Assembly (NCBI RefSeq): GCF_965641715.1
Contig: NZ_OZ282453.1
Length of the DNA: 64,000 bases
Source of the DNA: Escherichia coli
Lineage (GTDB): Bacteria > Pseudomonadota > Gammaproteobacteria > Enterobacterales > Enterobacteriaceae
Reading direction: 5' to 3' (one strand)
The notes under the pieces are model-generated. The model was not told the origin of the DNA. It did no database searches and saw only the letters and a program-made list of their open reading frames with translations. This document shows, one piece after another, positions 35,831 to 44,744 of this stretch (positions are counted from its first letter, which is position 1; each line of letters opens with the position of its first letter). Both the position numbers and the translations under genes were made by a program.

Positions 35831-36276
35831 TTGCTTAAGACCTCATCAATAGCCTGATTCATTCGCTGTATGGCAACCTGCGCCGCCAGTTCTTCTGTCG
35901 TATCAAACGCCGGACGAATGAACGGGTGAGCAGGCATGTTTACCGTTCCCAGTTCGACAAAGCGCCAGTAAAACGCATTTCGGGGATCGCTGGCTTTCAT
36001 GCTGTTATCACTGTTTCCGGTTCGCAGATTTCGTCCACGAATGTGGACACCCGAGATAATTTCCCCCCGACGTTTTGATCGCTGAGTGAGAACAACCACA
36101 TTTTTCTTCAGTTTTCCGGTTCGCTCCGGCGCTCGCTCAACAACCGCATCCCGCATAGCTTCAGCACCGGCACGGGTGGCATCGCGCAGTACCTTATTGT
36201 TTTCTGCCCTGCTGAGCGTCTCCAGATCCCGTGCAATATCCGCCAGACCTGAAAAATCAAGACTGAAATCCATCAC
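35827..36276 (-). CDS. Head-tail joining protein (HK97 gp10-like / gpZ-like)
   Basis: 149 aa; order in the head-tail module. Confidence 0.55.
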   Translation of the reverse strand: MMDFSLDFSGLADIARDLETLSRAENNKVLRDATRAGAEAMRDAVVERAPERTGKLKKNVVVLTQRSKRRGEIISGVHIRGRNLRTGNSDNSMKASDPRNAFYWRFVELGTVNMPAHPFIRPAFDTTEELAAQVAIQRMNQAIDEVLSK

Positions 36277-36611
36277 ACATTCCCCTTCTGAGAACAGAGT
36301 ATCTCAAGCCGGGTAGCACGAGCATCCGGTATCGGCGGACCGTCTATACTCAGAATCGCGCCTTTGAATGCACCAGTCAGCACTTTCAGACATGAAGTTG
36401 CTGTCACATCTCGCCGGAATCTCATCCAGACCCTCACTGTAGCCTGAGCAGTTTCTGCACCTCCGGATATTCTCTCCCTGCCACTGATCCCCTTAACTTC
36501 TGCCCATATGGTTGCCCCCTCCGTCATTGTTTCCACAGGGTGCCCTGACGGAGACCGAACGGTGGTGGCATTCAGAATAACCACACGATCACGTAATCTT
36601 CCTGCCTGCAT
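36273..36611 (-). CDS. Head closure / head-tail adaptor protein
   Basis: 112 aa; order. Confidence 0.55.
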   Translation of the reverse strand: MQAGRLRDRVVILNATTVRSPSGHPVETMTEGATIWAEVKGISGRERISGGAETAQATVRVWMRFRRDVTATSCLKVLTGAFKGAILSIDGPPIPDARATRLEILCSQKGNV

Positions 36612-36619
36612 GAATCCCC

Positions 36620-36925
36620 CTATGTTCCGGGATGAAACCGATACATCCGCAGTCCGGTGTAGAAAAAATCAGGCACTGCATCCTGCATTTCCCTGTTCTC
36701 GTACCAGTAGCCAACCAGTTGCATAAGACGCAGCTTTATCAGCGGTGTTATTACAAGCCCGGTCGTATCCTGCTCAGAAACAGTTTCATCGTAAAGCGTC
36801 CGGTTTAAAAACTTTTCAGCCTCTTCCCTGGCAGCAGCCAGATACATCATAAGAAGAGCATTCTCCTGTTCATTGTCATCATCAATCCGGCACTGAACAC
36901 GAAGCTCTTCCAGAGTGGGCATCAT
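36620..36925 (-). CDS. gp6-like head-tail connector protein
   Basis: 101 aa MMPTLEELRVQCRIDDDNEQENALLMMYLAAAREEAEKF...; related to the satellite protein at 44445-44744. Confidence 0.6.
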   Translation of the reverse strand: MMPTLEELRVQCRIDDDNEQENALLMMYLAAAREEAEKFLNRTLYDETVSEQDTTGLVITPLIKLRLMQLVGYWYENREMQDAVPDFFYTGLRMYRFHPGT

Positions 36926-36936
36926 TTGGGCAACCT

Positions 36937-37125
36937 CTATGAATGCTGTTTTTTAGACTTATCAGCCCCCCGCGCAACAGGTGTTCTCTTATCAGAGACA
37001 ATCCCAGCTGCAGTGGCAATTTCGCGTACCCGTTCGGGTAATTCTTTATCTTCATACTCACCGGCCCGAATAACCTCAACACGCATACCGTCCGGTGACC
37101 ATTTCAGATCTTGTTTCAGGATCAT
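36937..37125 (-). CDS. Small hypothetical protein between capsid and connector genes
   Basis: 62-aa ORF only. Confidence 0.3.
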   Translation of the reverse strand: MILKQDLKWSPDGMRVEVIRAGEYEDKELPERVREIATAAGIVSDKRTPVARGADKSKKQHS

Positions 37126-37175
37126 GATTCTTTCACCTGTCAGAACAGGGGCGCACTTCTGCGCCCCCTGAATGA

Positions 37176-38381
37176 TTACGCCGCTGCAATCTTCAGCAGT
37201 TTAATGGCCTGCGAATCGACCAGCATGCCGCCGGTGCGCTTGGTGGTATAAAAACCGACAAACGGTTTATTGGTGTACGGGTCACGCAGAATGCGGGTGC
37301 CGATACGGTCAACGATGGTGTAACCCCGTTTGAAGTTACCAAATGCAATGGCTTTCGCATCAGCGGCGATATCCGGCATCTGTTCGTTTTCAGCGATACC
37401 GTAACCCGCCAGAGAGGACGGCTGCCCCAGCTCCAGCCCCGGACGCCACAGATAGTTACCCTCGCTGTCTTTCAGCAGACGGATGGCAAACAGGCTGTTG
37501 TTGTTCATCATGAACTTCGCGCCAGTGCGGTGTGCCTTACGCAGCGTGTAAATCAGTTTGATAATGGCGTCTGCGGTCACCGTCGTCGCTTCGCCGGATA
37601 CAATATGCTGAAGTTTGCCGAACGCCCGGACCTTATCGGTTTCATCGGTGGATTCATACGCCAGGAACCCTTTTGGCTTCTTGGTACCATCGCCGGAGGT
37701 AAAGGCAATTTCTTCCTGTTCGGCAAATTCGGTTGCCAGCTCGCTGTTGATCCAGGCCTCCACGTTGAAGAAAGCATCATCCAGCATTTTCTGGGTGGCC
37801 TGCGGGTTACCGTAGATTTCCCCCATGAAAGGTTCAATCAGTCCCAGTTTTGAGGTGGCAGTCTGGGAGCGCGCGTCAGTCTCGCCCACCCACCCGGAAG
37901 CCGTGCCGCCCAGATTCACCAGTTTTTTGTAGTCGGAACCGCCAACGGTGATCACCGTGGCTTCCTGGCGCATCACCACTTCATCTTTCAGCAGGGTGAG
38001 AATGTTGCGATCCAGTGCTTCCGGCACGGCATAGCCGCCGTCTTCATCGGTGCCCACCTGTAATGCCTTGCGCTCCAGATCGCGCAGACCATCTTCACGG
38101 CCTTTACGCAGGAAGCCCACAAACGCTTCTTTATGCTCGGTGGCCAGTTTATTTTGCGCACCACCTGCCGGACGTTTCAGCTCAAGCAGCTCTTTTTCAA
38201 GATCGCTTTTGAGATTTTCCAGCTCGCTGAGTTTCCCGTTCAGGGTTTCCACCTGCCCGGCAAGTTTGCCTTTTTCCTGCTCAATCGCATCCACGCGCTT
38301 GTCGTTCTTTGCTTTGAAGTCGTCAAACTTCTGCTGCAGCTCCTGCGCGACCTGTTCGACATCTTTAATATCTACCGCCAT
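37176..38381 (-). CDS. Major capsid protein, HK97 family (prophage copy)
   Basis: 401 aa; N-terminal coiled-coil delta domain; conserved GDGTKKPKGF motif. Confidence 0.9.
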   Translation of the reverse strand: MAVDIKDVEQVAQELQQKFDDFKAKNDKRVDAIEQEKGKLAGQVETLNGKLSELENLKSDLEKELLELKRPAGGAQNKLATEHKEAFVGFLRKGREDGLRDLERKALQVGTDEDGGYAVPEALDRNILTLLKDEVVMRQEATVITVGGSDYKKLVNLGGTASGWVGETDARSQTATSKLGLIEPFMGEIYGNPQATQKMLDDAFFNVEAWINSELATEFAEQEEIAFTSGDGTKKPKGFLAYESTDETDKVRAFGKLQHIVSGEATTVTADAIIKLIYTLRKAHRTGAKFMMNNNSLFAIRLLKDSEGNYLWRPGLELGQPSSLAGYGIAENEQMPDIAADAKAIAFGNFKRGYTIVDRIGTRILRDPYTNKPFVGFYTTKRTGGMLVDSQAIKLLKIAAA

Positions 38382-38395
38382 CGTATTTCTCCTGA

Positions 38396-39082
38396 TTAGA
38401 AGTTCAGATTTTTCAGTGCATTCAGTGCAGAGCCCACATCCTCAGCGTCGCGCAGGGACAGTGCGCCATAGCCCCCGGCCATGAATGCTTTGGCCTGGGT
38501 ACGGGAGAGTCCGACATCACGCAGGACTCTTTCGATTTTTTTCTGTTCGGGGATTTCCCCGCGGGCCAGCGCGTTCTTGACGTCGCTGATCCGCGCCTCG
38601 TCGTTAGACGGAAACGTCACCAGACTGACTTCCCAGAGGTCGATTTCTTTCAGCAGAAAGGCTTCTTTCGTCCGGTCGTATTCCCAGTCCTTCAGGACGT
38701 ACCCAATAGAAAGGCCGGTTAACGAACCGGCCTTCATGTGTGCATGTGCGCGTTTTGCCAGGGGATCATCATCAATGAGCAACCGCCCCCTGACGTAAAG
38801 CCCGACATCGTCTTCCTTCATTTCGGTGTAAACACCGATGGGCTCATCCATGCGGTGCTGCCAGAGCAGCGCAGGCAACGCTTTTCTGTCACTCCACGCC
38901 CGCAGGGAAGCAGCAAATGCCCCGGACATCACCACATCATCGTGACTGTCCTTTACACCAAAGACGGAGCCATATCCTTCAAACTCACCGGAGTCACTGA
39001 CAGATTTCAGACTCAGCGGTACATCAAGACGTTGTTTCGTCTGCATTGGCGTTATCCTTCTGCTTACCGGCTTTACTGCCAT
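38396..39082 (-). CDS. Prohead protease, HK97 family
   Basis: 228 aa; GEFEGYGSVFGVKD...MSGAF motif region. Confidence 0.85.
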   Translation of the reverse strand: MAVKPVSRRITPMQTKQRLDVPLSLKSVSDSGEFEGYGSVFGVKDSHDDVVMSGAFAASLRAWSDRKALPALLWQHRMDEPIGVYTEMKEDDVGLYVRGRLLIDDDPLAKRAHAHMKAGSLTGLSIGYVLKDWEYDRTKEAFLLKEIDLWEVSLVTFPSNDEARISDVKNALARGEIPEQKKIERVLRDVGLSRTQAKAFMAGGYGALSLRDAEDVGSALNALKNLNF

Positions 39083-40265
39083 CGGAGGGTTTCGTGGTCA
39101 TGTTCATCGGTGTGAGATAGACATCACCACCGGGACGCGGATTCATATCTTCCAGGTCACGGCAGTCATTGGGAGAGTAAATTCCCCAGTTAATCCCGGT
39201 GGCGTAGGCTTCAAAACGGGACTTCATATCCCCGCGCAGTAACGCCCCGGCGTTAAATTTGGCGTAATAAACGCCCTGCTTACTTTTTCGTACCAGTCCG
39301 GTGTTGATCCGCTGTTCGATGCGGGTCAGATACGGCACCAGTGAATAGTTGATAAATCCGAGCCCCAGTTCTTCGATATTGTTGAAGGTGGCGCGATCGG
39401 TGTTCTGTACCATGTGCAACGGCACCCGGAACAAACGACAGATTTCTTCAAGCTGAAACTTGCGGGTTTCCAGGAACTGGCTGTCCTCGGCGTTCAGCGC
39501 CATCGACTTCCAGTCCAGCCCCATCTCAAGGATCATCGGGCGGTGAGCATTGCCAAGCCCGGTGTGGCGCTCCTCAAAATCTTTCTTCAGGCGCTCATAA
39601 GCCTGATCCGACAGCGTCTGCTCTGTACGCAATACACCCGACGTCACCGCGCCATTGCTGAACAGTCTGGCCCCGTGCTCTTCGGTCGCTGCCGCCAGCG
39701 ATATTGCCTCGCGGGCATAGGCGATGGGATTCAGTCCCACCAGGCCGTCCAGCGTCAGCGTGCGCACATGCCAGATATCCTCCTGGGTCAGCACATCCGT
39801 GGAGCCGTCCGGGAATGTGACCTGATAGACCGGCTCCCAGCTACTGTTAAGCTTCGGTACCACACAGCCAGGATCGACGGGCAGCAGTTCAGCCACTTCG
39901 CCAAATGCTTTCACTTTGTAGGCGTAAAAGTTCCCCCTCAGGCACAGACAGGTGACCACCAGCTCCCAGAACTCCTGCGGCGTCATATATCCATTGGGAT
40001 GCGTGGAGATCAGCTTATGCAGACGTTCGCCGGTGGCTCTCTGTTTCAGGCTGCCGTTCAGGTGATACAGATTGCAGGGCAACATCCCGACCGACTCTGC
40101 CAGCACCCTGACGCAGGAAAAAACCGCCGTCAGTCGCATGGCCCGCTGGCTGCTGATCTGCTTTCCGGTATAGGTGTCGTATGACAGCCCGATAGCATCT
40201 GCCAGCTCTGCTGGCGTGGTCACCGGCGCGTCACTTTTTCGTTGAAATAATCCCGAAAAGAACAC
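39024..40265 (-). CDS. Portal protein, HK97 family
   Basis: 413 aa; LEEICRLFRVPLHMV motif region. Confidence 0.85.
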   Translation of the reverse strand: MFFSGLFQRKSDAPVTTPAELADAIGLSYDTYTGKQISSQRAMRLTAVFSCVRVLAESVGMLPCNLYHLNGSLKQRATGERLHKLISTHPNGYMTPQEFWELVVTCLCLRGNFYAYKVKAFGEVAELLPVDPGCVVPKLNSSWEPVYQVTFPDGSTDVLTQEDIWHVRTLTLDGLVGLNPIAYAREAISLAAATEEHGARLFSNGAVTSGVLRTEQTLSDQAYERLKKDFEERHTGLGNAHRPMILEMGLDWKSMALNAEDSQFLETRKFQLEEICRLFRVPLHMVQNTDRATFNNIEELGLGFINYSLVPYLTRIEQRINTGLVRKSKQGVYYAKFNAGALLRGDMKSRFEAYATGINWGIYSPNDCRDLEDMNPRPGGDVYLTPMNMTTKPSDGSKAGKQKDNANADETTS

Positions 40266-40447
40266 TATTTACCTCCGCCGACAGACGGCTGTGTACGGTC
40301 GAGATATCGCGCCACCAGCCACGACCAGAACAGGCACAGCCCCCCGGCAACAACAAAACCCGCCGGGGGATAAATCAGCCAGGCACCATACGCCAGCAAA
40401 AGCGCACCCAGCACGCCCACCAGTGGTGCGAGAATTATCAGAAACAT
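40265..40447 (-). CDS. Small two-helix membrane protein between terL and portal
   Basis: 60 aa [49 protein letters not shown]; two hydrophobic helices. Confidence 0.35.
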   Translation of the reverse strand: MFLIILAPLVGVLGALLLAYGAWLIYPPAGFVVAGGLCLFWSWLVARYLDRTQPSVGGGK

Positions 40448-40458
40448 AATGACCTCGG

Positions 40459-41195
40459 TTAAAGCGAGCGGATGCCCACGCTGACCAGATGTTCAGACAG
40501 ATCCGGCTCCGGTTCACCACCATTGACCAGCATCCGGCTCATTGCTGTAAACATCGCAACAGGGCCGTCGATTTTGGCTTCCAGCGTGGATTTATTCGGG
40601 AAGATATTGTCGTTTTTGTCCGGTTTTACCGTAACGTTAGACATCATCCAGTTCATGACCGGATGATTGCTGTGATGGAAACGCCCGGCATAGACCAGTG
40701 ATTCCGTTTCCTTCATGGCCTCTGACAGATTGCGAACCGTCTGCGGAACCTCCACCAGCGGTATCCCTTCTTCAGCCAGTGCCAGGCTGAACTGCATCGC
40801 GCTCCACGGGTCAAATCCCAGCTCCCTGAGGTTTTCACCACCAATCCATTCCAGTAAGTCACTTTTTATCTGAGCATGATCGATAACATCACCATCCGTC
40901 AGAATCAGCTTATCCATCTCCGCCCACTTCCGGTAAAGTTCTGCCTGCTGCCGCGAGCATCGTTCCAGCCGTCCTTCCGGAAGCCAGAATTTAAAATCGG
41001 CATGAACATGCCCGTTATCCGTTCGCCAGAGTTTTGCCGCCGCACAGATATCAATCTTATGAGCAAGGTCAACGCCGACCCACATGGGATACGTTTTCAG
41101 CTCATGTCGTGGGGCAATGTATTCGCACTTCTCCCACTTAATCATGTCCATCCAGGCAGACTCTGCTGTTACCCACACATTCATGTGTTTTGTGA
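40459..41195 (-). pseudogene. Prophage terminase large subunit, C-terminal fragment, separated from its N-terminal part by the satellite insertion
   Basis: 241-aa ORF MNVWVTAESAWMDMIKWEKC... aligns residue-for-residue with the middle of the satellite TerL (NIWCQGATPWMGNGAWAEC...). Confidence 0.8.
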
Positions 41196-41270
41196 GAATA
41201 TTTCAAGTTTTTTAAAATCACCTGTATATCAATCATTTAAAATGAAAAAACAGTCTTTATAAATCATCGA

Positions 41271-41292
41271 GCAATACACAGCGCAATACACG
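41271..41292. repeat. Tandem GCAATACACAG / CGCAATACACG motif near the satellite left end; candidate integrase arm site
   Basis: Same motif occurs as a tandem pair at 56094-56116 beside the int start. Confidence 0.45.
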
Positions 41293-41479
41293 TATCTGTA
41301 TTGTTTTAATGCTGATACACACCGTTTTTTGATACAGTGATTCGACCTACCATCGCGAAGCATTTTTTATTTCTTGTGTGTAACAATCTGACGAGGTGAG
41401 CACTCAAAGAGATAAGAGGCAGTAGAAATTTCGATCCCCCCCCTGAATGCAATTTTTCGTATATATATATACAAAACAG

Positions 41480-41636
41480 TGCGGGTTATGCGGGTTAGCG
41501 GGTTATCTTCGCGTGCTAAGTATTTTTTACTCTTTAATATCAATACGTTAAAAAACAACGTATCTAAATATCAGCCAGAATGTAACCCGCAAGACATTCA
41601 AAATAACCCGCAAACACCACTCAAATAACCCGCAAA
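41480..41636. repeat. Iteron cluster B: three direct TGCGGGTTAT-like copies and three inverted ATAACCCGCAA copies around an AT-rich spacer
   Basis: Direct copies at 41480-41508; inverted at 41582-41591, 41603-41613, 41626-41636; same consensus as cluster A. Confidence 0.6.
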
Positions 41637-41714
41637 AACATCCCTGAAAGTGGGTGCCGATAATACTGAAAATTTATTCCATTAAATGAGCATTGTCCTC
41701 TCTCATCCATTCCG

Positions 41715-43376
41715 TTACACACCATCAAACGTCGCAAGCCGCTCTTTGTGGCTGTCGCTCATATCGAATGCAAATTCCTCATGCTCTGCCTGGAATGTGC
41801 CAAACGCCATCAGCGCCGCAACGCTCGGGTCTATCTTGTTGGATGATTTTTTCTTGTTCGGCTTGATATTGGCGTTCGCGTCACTCTGCATCACAACATT
41901 ACTCATTGACCAGGCCAGCACCGGATCACCACGATGCACAATCACCTTCCGGTTAACAAAAACTTCGAACGATTTCGCCGCCGGACTGAAACGAAGGTAC
42001 GTTTGCGGGAACGGCTCCACCTCAAATCCCGCCCCCTGTAGCTGTGTTCTCAGGTGAGTGGCGTTCCATGTATCGAAGCCCACCAGCCTGATACTGAAAT
42101 TCTCTGCATCCACCATGATGTCATCACGGATACGGTCATAATCAATGCAGTCACCCGGTGTTGTGCGTATCCAGCCCGCCTTTACCCACTGGCGATAAAT
42201 GGCGCGGTTTTTATTGGCGGGGTTCTGTAACTGAAATTCCGGCAGATAGTGACGGGAAACCAGCATAATCTTTTTACCGACCGGAAAGGCATAGCACACG
42301 CTGGAAATATCGCTGGTTGATGATAAGTCCAGCCCCACGTAGCACTCCTGCCCGTATAAATCCGCCTCCGCGAACGTTCCGGCGCACTCCGCCCATGCAC
42401 CGTTACCCATCCACGGCGTAGCCCCCTGACACCAGATATTGAATCGCTTGGTGAGCATTTCCACCCACTGCGACGGAATACCCCGCGCTTTCTGGATGGT
42501 TGAGGCCAGTTTTTCACGATCGACGGAAACATCGATATTGGGATTCGCCTTTATCCACATCGCCGGATCGTCAACCTCGCTTTCATCATCCAGCTCGTAA
42601 ATCAGTACGAACATGGATTCGTTCACCTCTTCACCATCCAGTATCTGGCAGCAATAGTCGTAGTGTTGTTTACAGGCTGAAACAACGTTGCTCCCCGATG
42701 TGGTGATGGCAAATAATAACCCCTCCGGACGCGCCCCCATTCCCAGTTCAAGCGCGGAATAAACCCCGTTGTCAGGGTGCAGGTGATATTCATCTACAAT
42801 GGCAAGACTCGGGTTTGTACCTTCAATGGTTGCCGCTTTTGCTGCCAGTGGCTTTAACAGGCTGTTGGTTTTCGGGTGTATCACCTTGTGTGCCTGAATA
42901 TTTACCCGCTTTCGTAACGGTCGGGATAAAAGGCACATCTGACGCGCATCATCAAACACGATCCGCGCCTGATCACGACTCACGGCGGCGGTGTAAATAT
43001 CCTGCTGCCCGTTTTCCATAACCAGAAACCAGTTAGCCAGGATAGCGGCGACCGTGGATTTGGCATTTTTTCGCGGTACTTCAATGAATGCGCTGGTGTA
43101 TTTGCGCCGTCCGGTGGCCTTAACCTTAAAGCCCAGGATGCACGCAAAGGCGAACTGCTGCCACGGCTCCAGCTCAATGGGGCTACCGCGCATTGCGCCT
43201 TTTACGTGCGGACACACCCTGGAAAAGGCAATAAACTGCTCCACGACCTCCGGATCGAACGTGTAAAGGGGGTTTTCAAGGTCAGAAAAATACCGTTTAA
43301 CGGCCTGTTTCAGTCGTTTACAGGCCGTAATTTTGCCGTTTTTTACGCCTTCTGCGTACTCATGCCAGGCGGTCAA
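41715..43376 (-). CDS. Terminase large subunit (satellite copy, intact)
   Basis: 553 aa; ATPase and nuclease regions; homologous to but diverged from the interrupted prophage TerL. Confidence 0.9.
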   Translation of the reverse strand: MTAWHEYAEGVKNGKITACKRLKQAVKRYFSDLENPLYTFDPEVVEQFIAFSRVCPHVKGAMRGSPIELEPWQQFAFACILGFKVKATGRRKYTSAFIEVPRKNAKSTVAAILANWFLVMENGQQDIYTAAVSRDQARIVFDDARQMCLLSRPLRKRVNIQAHKVIHPKTNSLLKPLAAKAATIEGTNPSLAIVDEYHLHPDNGVYSALELGMGARPEGLLFAITTSGSNVVSACKQHYDYCCQILDGEEVNESMFVLIYELDDESEVDDPAMWIKANPNIDVSVDREKLASTIQKARGIPSQWVEMLTKRFNIWCQGATPWMGNGAWAECAGTFAEADLYGQECYVGLDLSSTSDISSVCYAFPVGKKIMLVSRHYLPEFQLQNPANKNRAIYRQWVKAGWIRTTPGDCIDYDRIRDDIMVDAENFSIRLVGFDTWNATHLRTQLQGAGFEVEPFPQTYLRFSPAAKSFEVFVNRKVIVHRGDPVLAWSMSNVVMQSDANANIKPNKKKSSNKIDPSVAALMAFGTFQAEHEEFAFDMSDSHKERLATFDGV

Positions 43377-43716
43377 GCTCGTCCTCTTCCTCTGTTTCCG
43401 GTGGATTTCTGCGGCGACTTACCGGGTCAAAACCCAGCAAAGAAGCCATTTTGATCATTATTCTTTCAGCGTCAGCCTTTGCGCTCAGGGCGGGGTTTCT
43501 GCTCTCGCTGCCCTGACTGTTAACAATGCTGAACCCGCGCGTGGCAAGGTCTTCGACGGCTTTGCGGTATATGGAGTAGTTAACGCAATACAGCTCCAGA
43601 TTGCTCCAGTCGGCGGGGGTAAGGTCTTCCCGTCCGGAAAGCTGGCGCGATTTTTCCTTCCACTGCCTGACCGCGATTTCATCCAGGTAAGCGGGGGCTT
43701 TTGGTGGTCTTGCCAT
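43360..43716 (-). CDS. Terminase small subunit, P27-like (satellite copy)
   Basis: ORF 43360-43857; likely start MARPPKAPAYLDEIAVRQWKEK; homologous to prophage TerS at 57273-57755. Confidence 0.75.
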   Translation of the reverse strand: MARPPKAPAYLDEIAVRQWKEKSRQLSGREDLTPADWSNLELYCVNYSIYRKAVEDLATRGFSIVNSQGSESRNPALSAKADAERIMIKMASLLGFDPVSRRRNPPETEEEDELDRLA

Positions 43717-43814
43717 GTTCTTTTTTCGCCCAATTATTTTCAAAAAAATTCCCGTGCACAAAAATTTGAGGAGGCGGTCGGTGTCCGGCAGGGACGGTTT
43801 TGTCCTGAAAACCT

Positions 43815-43825
43815 CCCCCCCCCCC
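43815..43825. repeat. Homopolymeric C11 tract between satellite HNH and terS
   Basis: Counted directly: 11 consecutive C on the plus strand, about 100 bp upstream of the terS start. Confidence 0.6.
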
Positions 43826-43835
43826 TCTGACGGCC

Positions 43836-44021
43836 TCACCAGCGATTGCGAAAACATTCCATGACCTCGCGGTCACGGTCGGTTAATCGCTTCGCTGTGG
43901 TGCGTTCTGTGCGCCCTGTCCTGTTGGCTTTGTGCCCTGTCTCCTGTGTCTTCCATAAGTCACGCTGCCTTATCAGTCCACGTATCAGCCTGTTTTGCTC
44001 CTGTTCAGTCATCATCGCCAT
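43836..44021 (-). CDS. Small hypothetical ORF between HNH and terS
   Basis: About 61 aa MAMMTEQEQNRLIRGLIRQRDLW...; basic protein; may not be expressed. Confidence 0.25.
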   Translation of the reverse strand: MAMMTEQEQNRLIRGLIRQRDLWKTQETGHKANRTGRTERTTAKRLTDRDREVMECFRNRW

Positions 44022-44445
44022 ACATCCAGTCGTTACGGTGTGCCGCCCGTTCTTCCTGCTCGCGATACATACCCGCCTTACGGTTCGCTTTCGTGGCTGG
44101 ATCTTCCCGTGTTGTCTTACGGTTATGGCACGTCTGGCACAATGCCTGGTGGTTCCACTCAGGCCAGAAGAGAACATCACCGCCGCCATTGATGGGAATG
44201 ATGTGATCCACCACAAGAGCTGGCGTATAAATCCCCTTAGCCAGACAACGCACGCATAACGGATTTTTGCTCAGGTACAGGGCGCGGTATTTGTCCCACT
44301 GTCGGGAATACCCGCGCGCGCGGCGGTGTCCCCGTCTGGCATCCTCTGCACGCCATGCAGCCCGCCTGTGATCTTCGCACTTGCCGGACTTCACGCGCTT
44401 ATTACAGCCCGGCTCAGTGCATCGCCTTAATGGTTGCCACGGCAT
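44005..44445 (-). CDS. HNH endonuclease (packaging-associated, satellite copy)
   Basis: 146 aa; Cys-rich HNH core VDHIIPINGGGD...CQTCHNRKT; sits next to terS. Confidence 0.85.
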   Translation of the reverse strand: MPWQPLRRCTEPGCNKRVKSGKCEDHRRAAWRAEDARRGHRRARGYSRQWDKYRALYLSKNPLCVRCLAKGIYTPALVVDHIIPINGGGDVLFWPEWNHQALCQTCHNRKTTREDPATKANRKAGMYREQEERAAHRNDWMYGDDD

Positions 44446-44744
44446 CAGTACACCCCTACATCACGATAAACCGACCAGAGCGCAGAAATAGCCATAGGCA
44501 GTTCAGACTGCTCCACAGGTGAAACCGCTTCCCTGTTCTCGTACAGGAAAGCGATGTACATCAGGCAACCAACACGTATTGCCGGGGTAAATTCCAGCCC
44601 GTCTTCAAAACGTTTCCCGATATGCTTCTGGCAGGCTTCCAGCGCCGCATCGGTATACATTTTCAGAAGTTCGCCCTCACCTGAGAAGTCATCAAGGCGA
44701 AGATGTGCCCTGACTTCATCAGGTGTAATTTTTTCTTCACTCAT
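44445..44744 (-). CDS. gp6-like head-tail connector protein (satellite copy)
   Basis: ORF 44445-44825; likely start MSEEKITPDEVRAHLRLDDFSGEGELLKMYTDAALEA. Confidence 0.6.
   Translation of the reverse strand: MSEEKITPDEVRAHLRLDDFSGEGELLKMYTDAALEACQKHIGKRFEDGLEFTPAIRVGCLMYIAFLYENREAVSPVEQSELPMAISALWSVYRDVGVY

Noticed and set aside
39414-40184. 256-aa plus-strand ORF
   Set aside because: Antisense to the prophage portal gene.
41271-41292. GCAATACACAG repeats considered as the satellite attachment core
   Set aside because: They lie 75-150 bp inside the element. The true crossover is the 7-bp TTTGTGA at 41189-41195 and 56246-56252, because only that boundary rejoins terL in frame; the 11-mers are more likely arm sites.
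43836-44216. 126-aa ORF overlapping the satellite HNH gene
   Set aside because: Upstream two-thirds is out-of-frame overlap with HNH; only the last ~61 codons are kept as a low-confidence small ORF.
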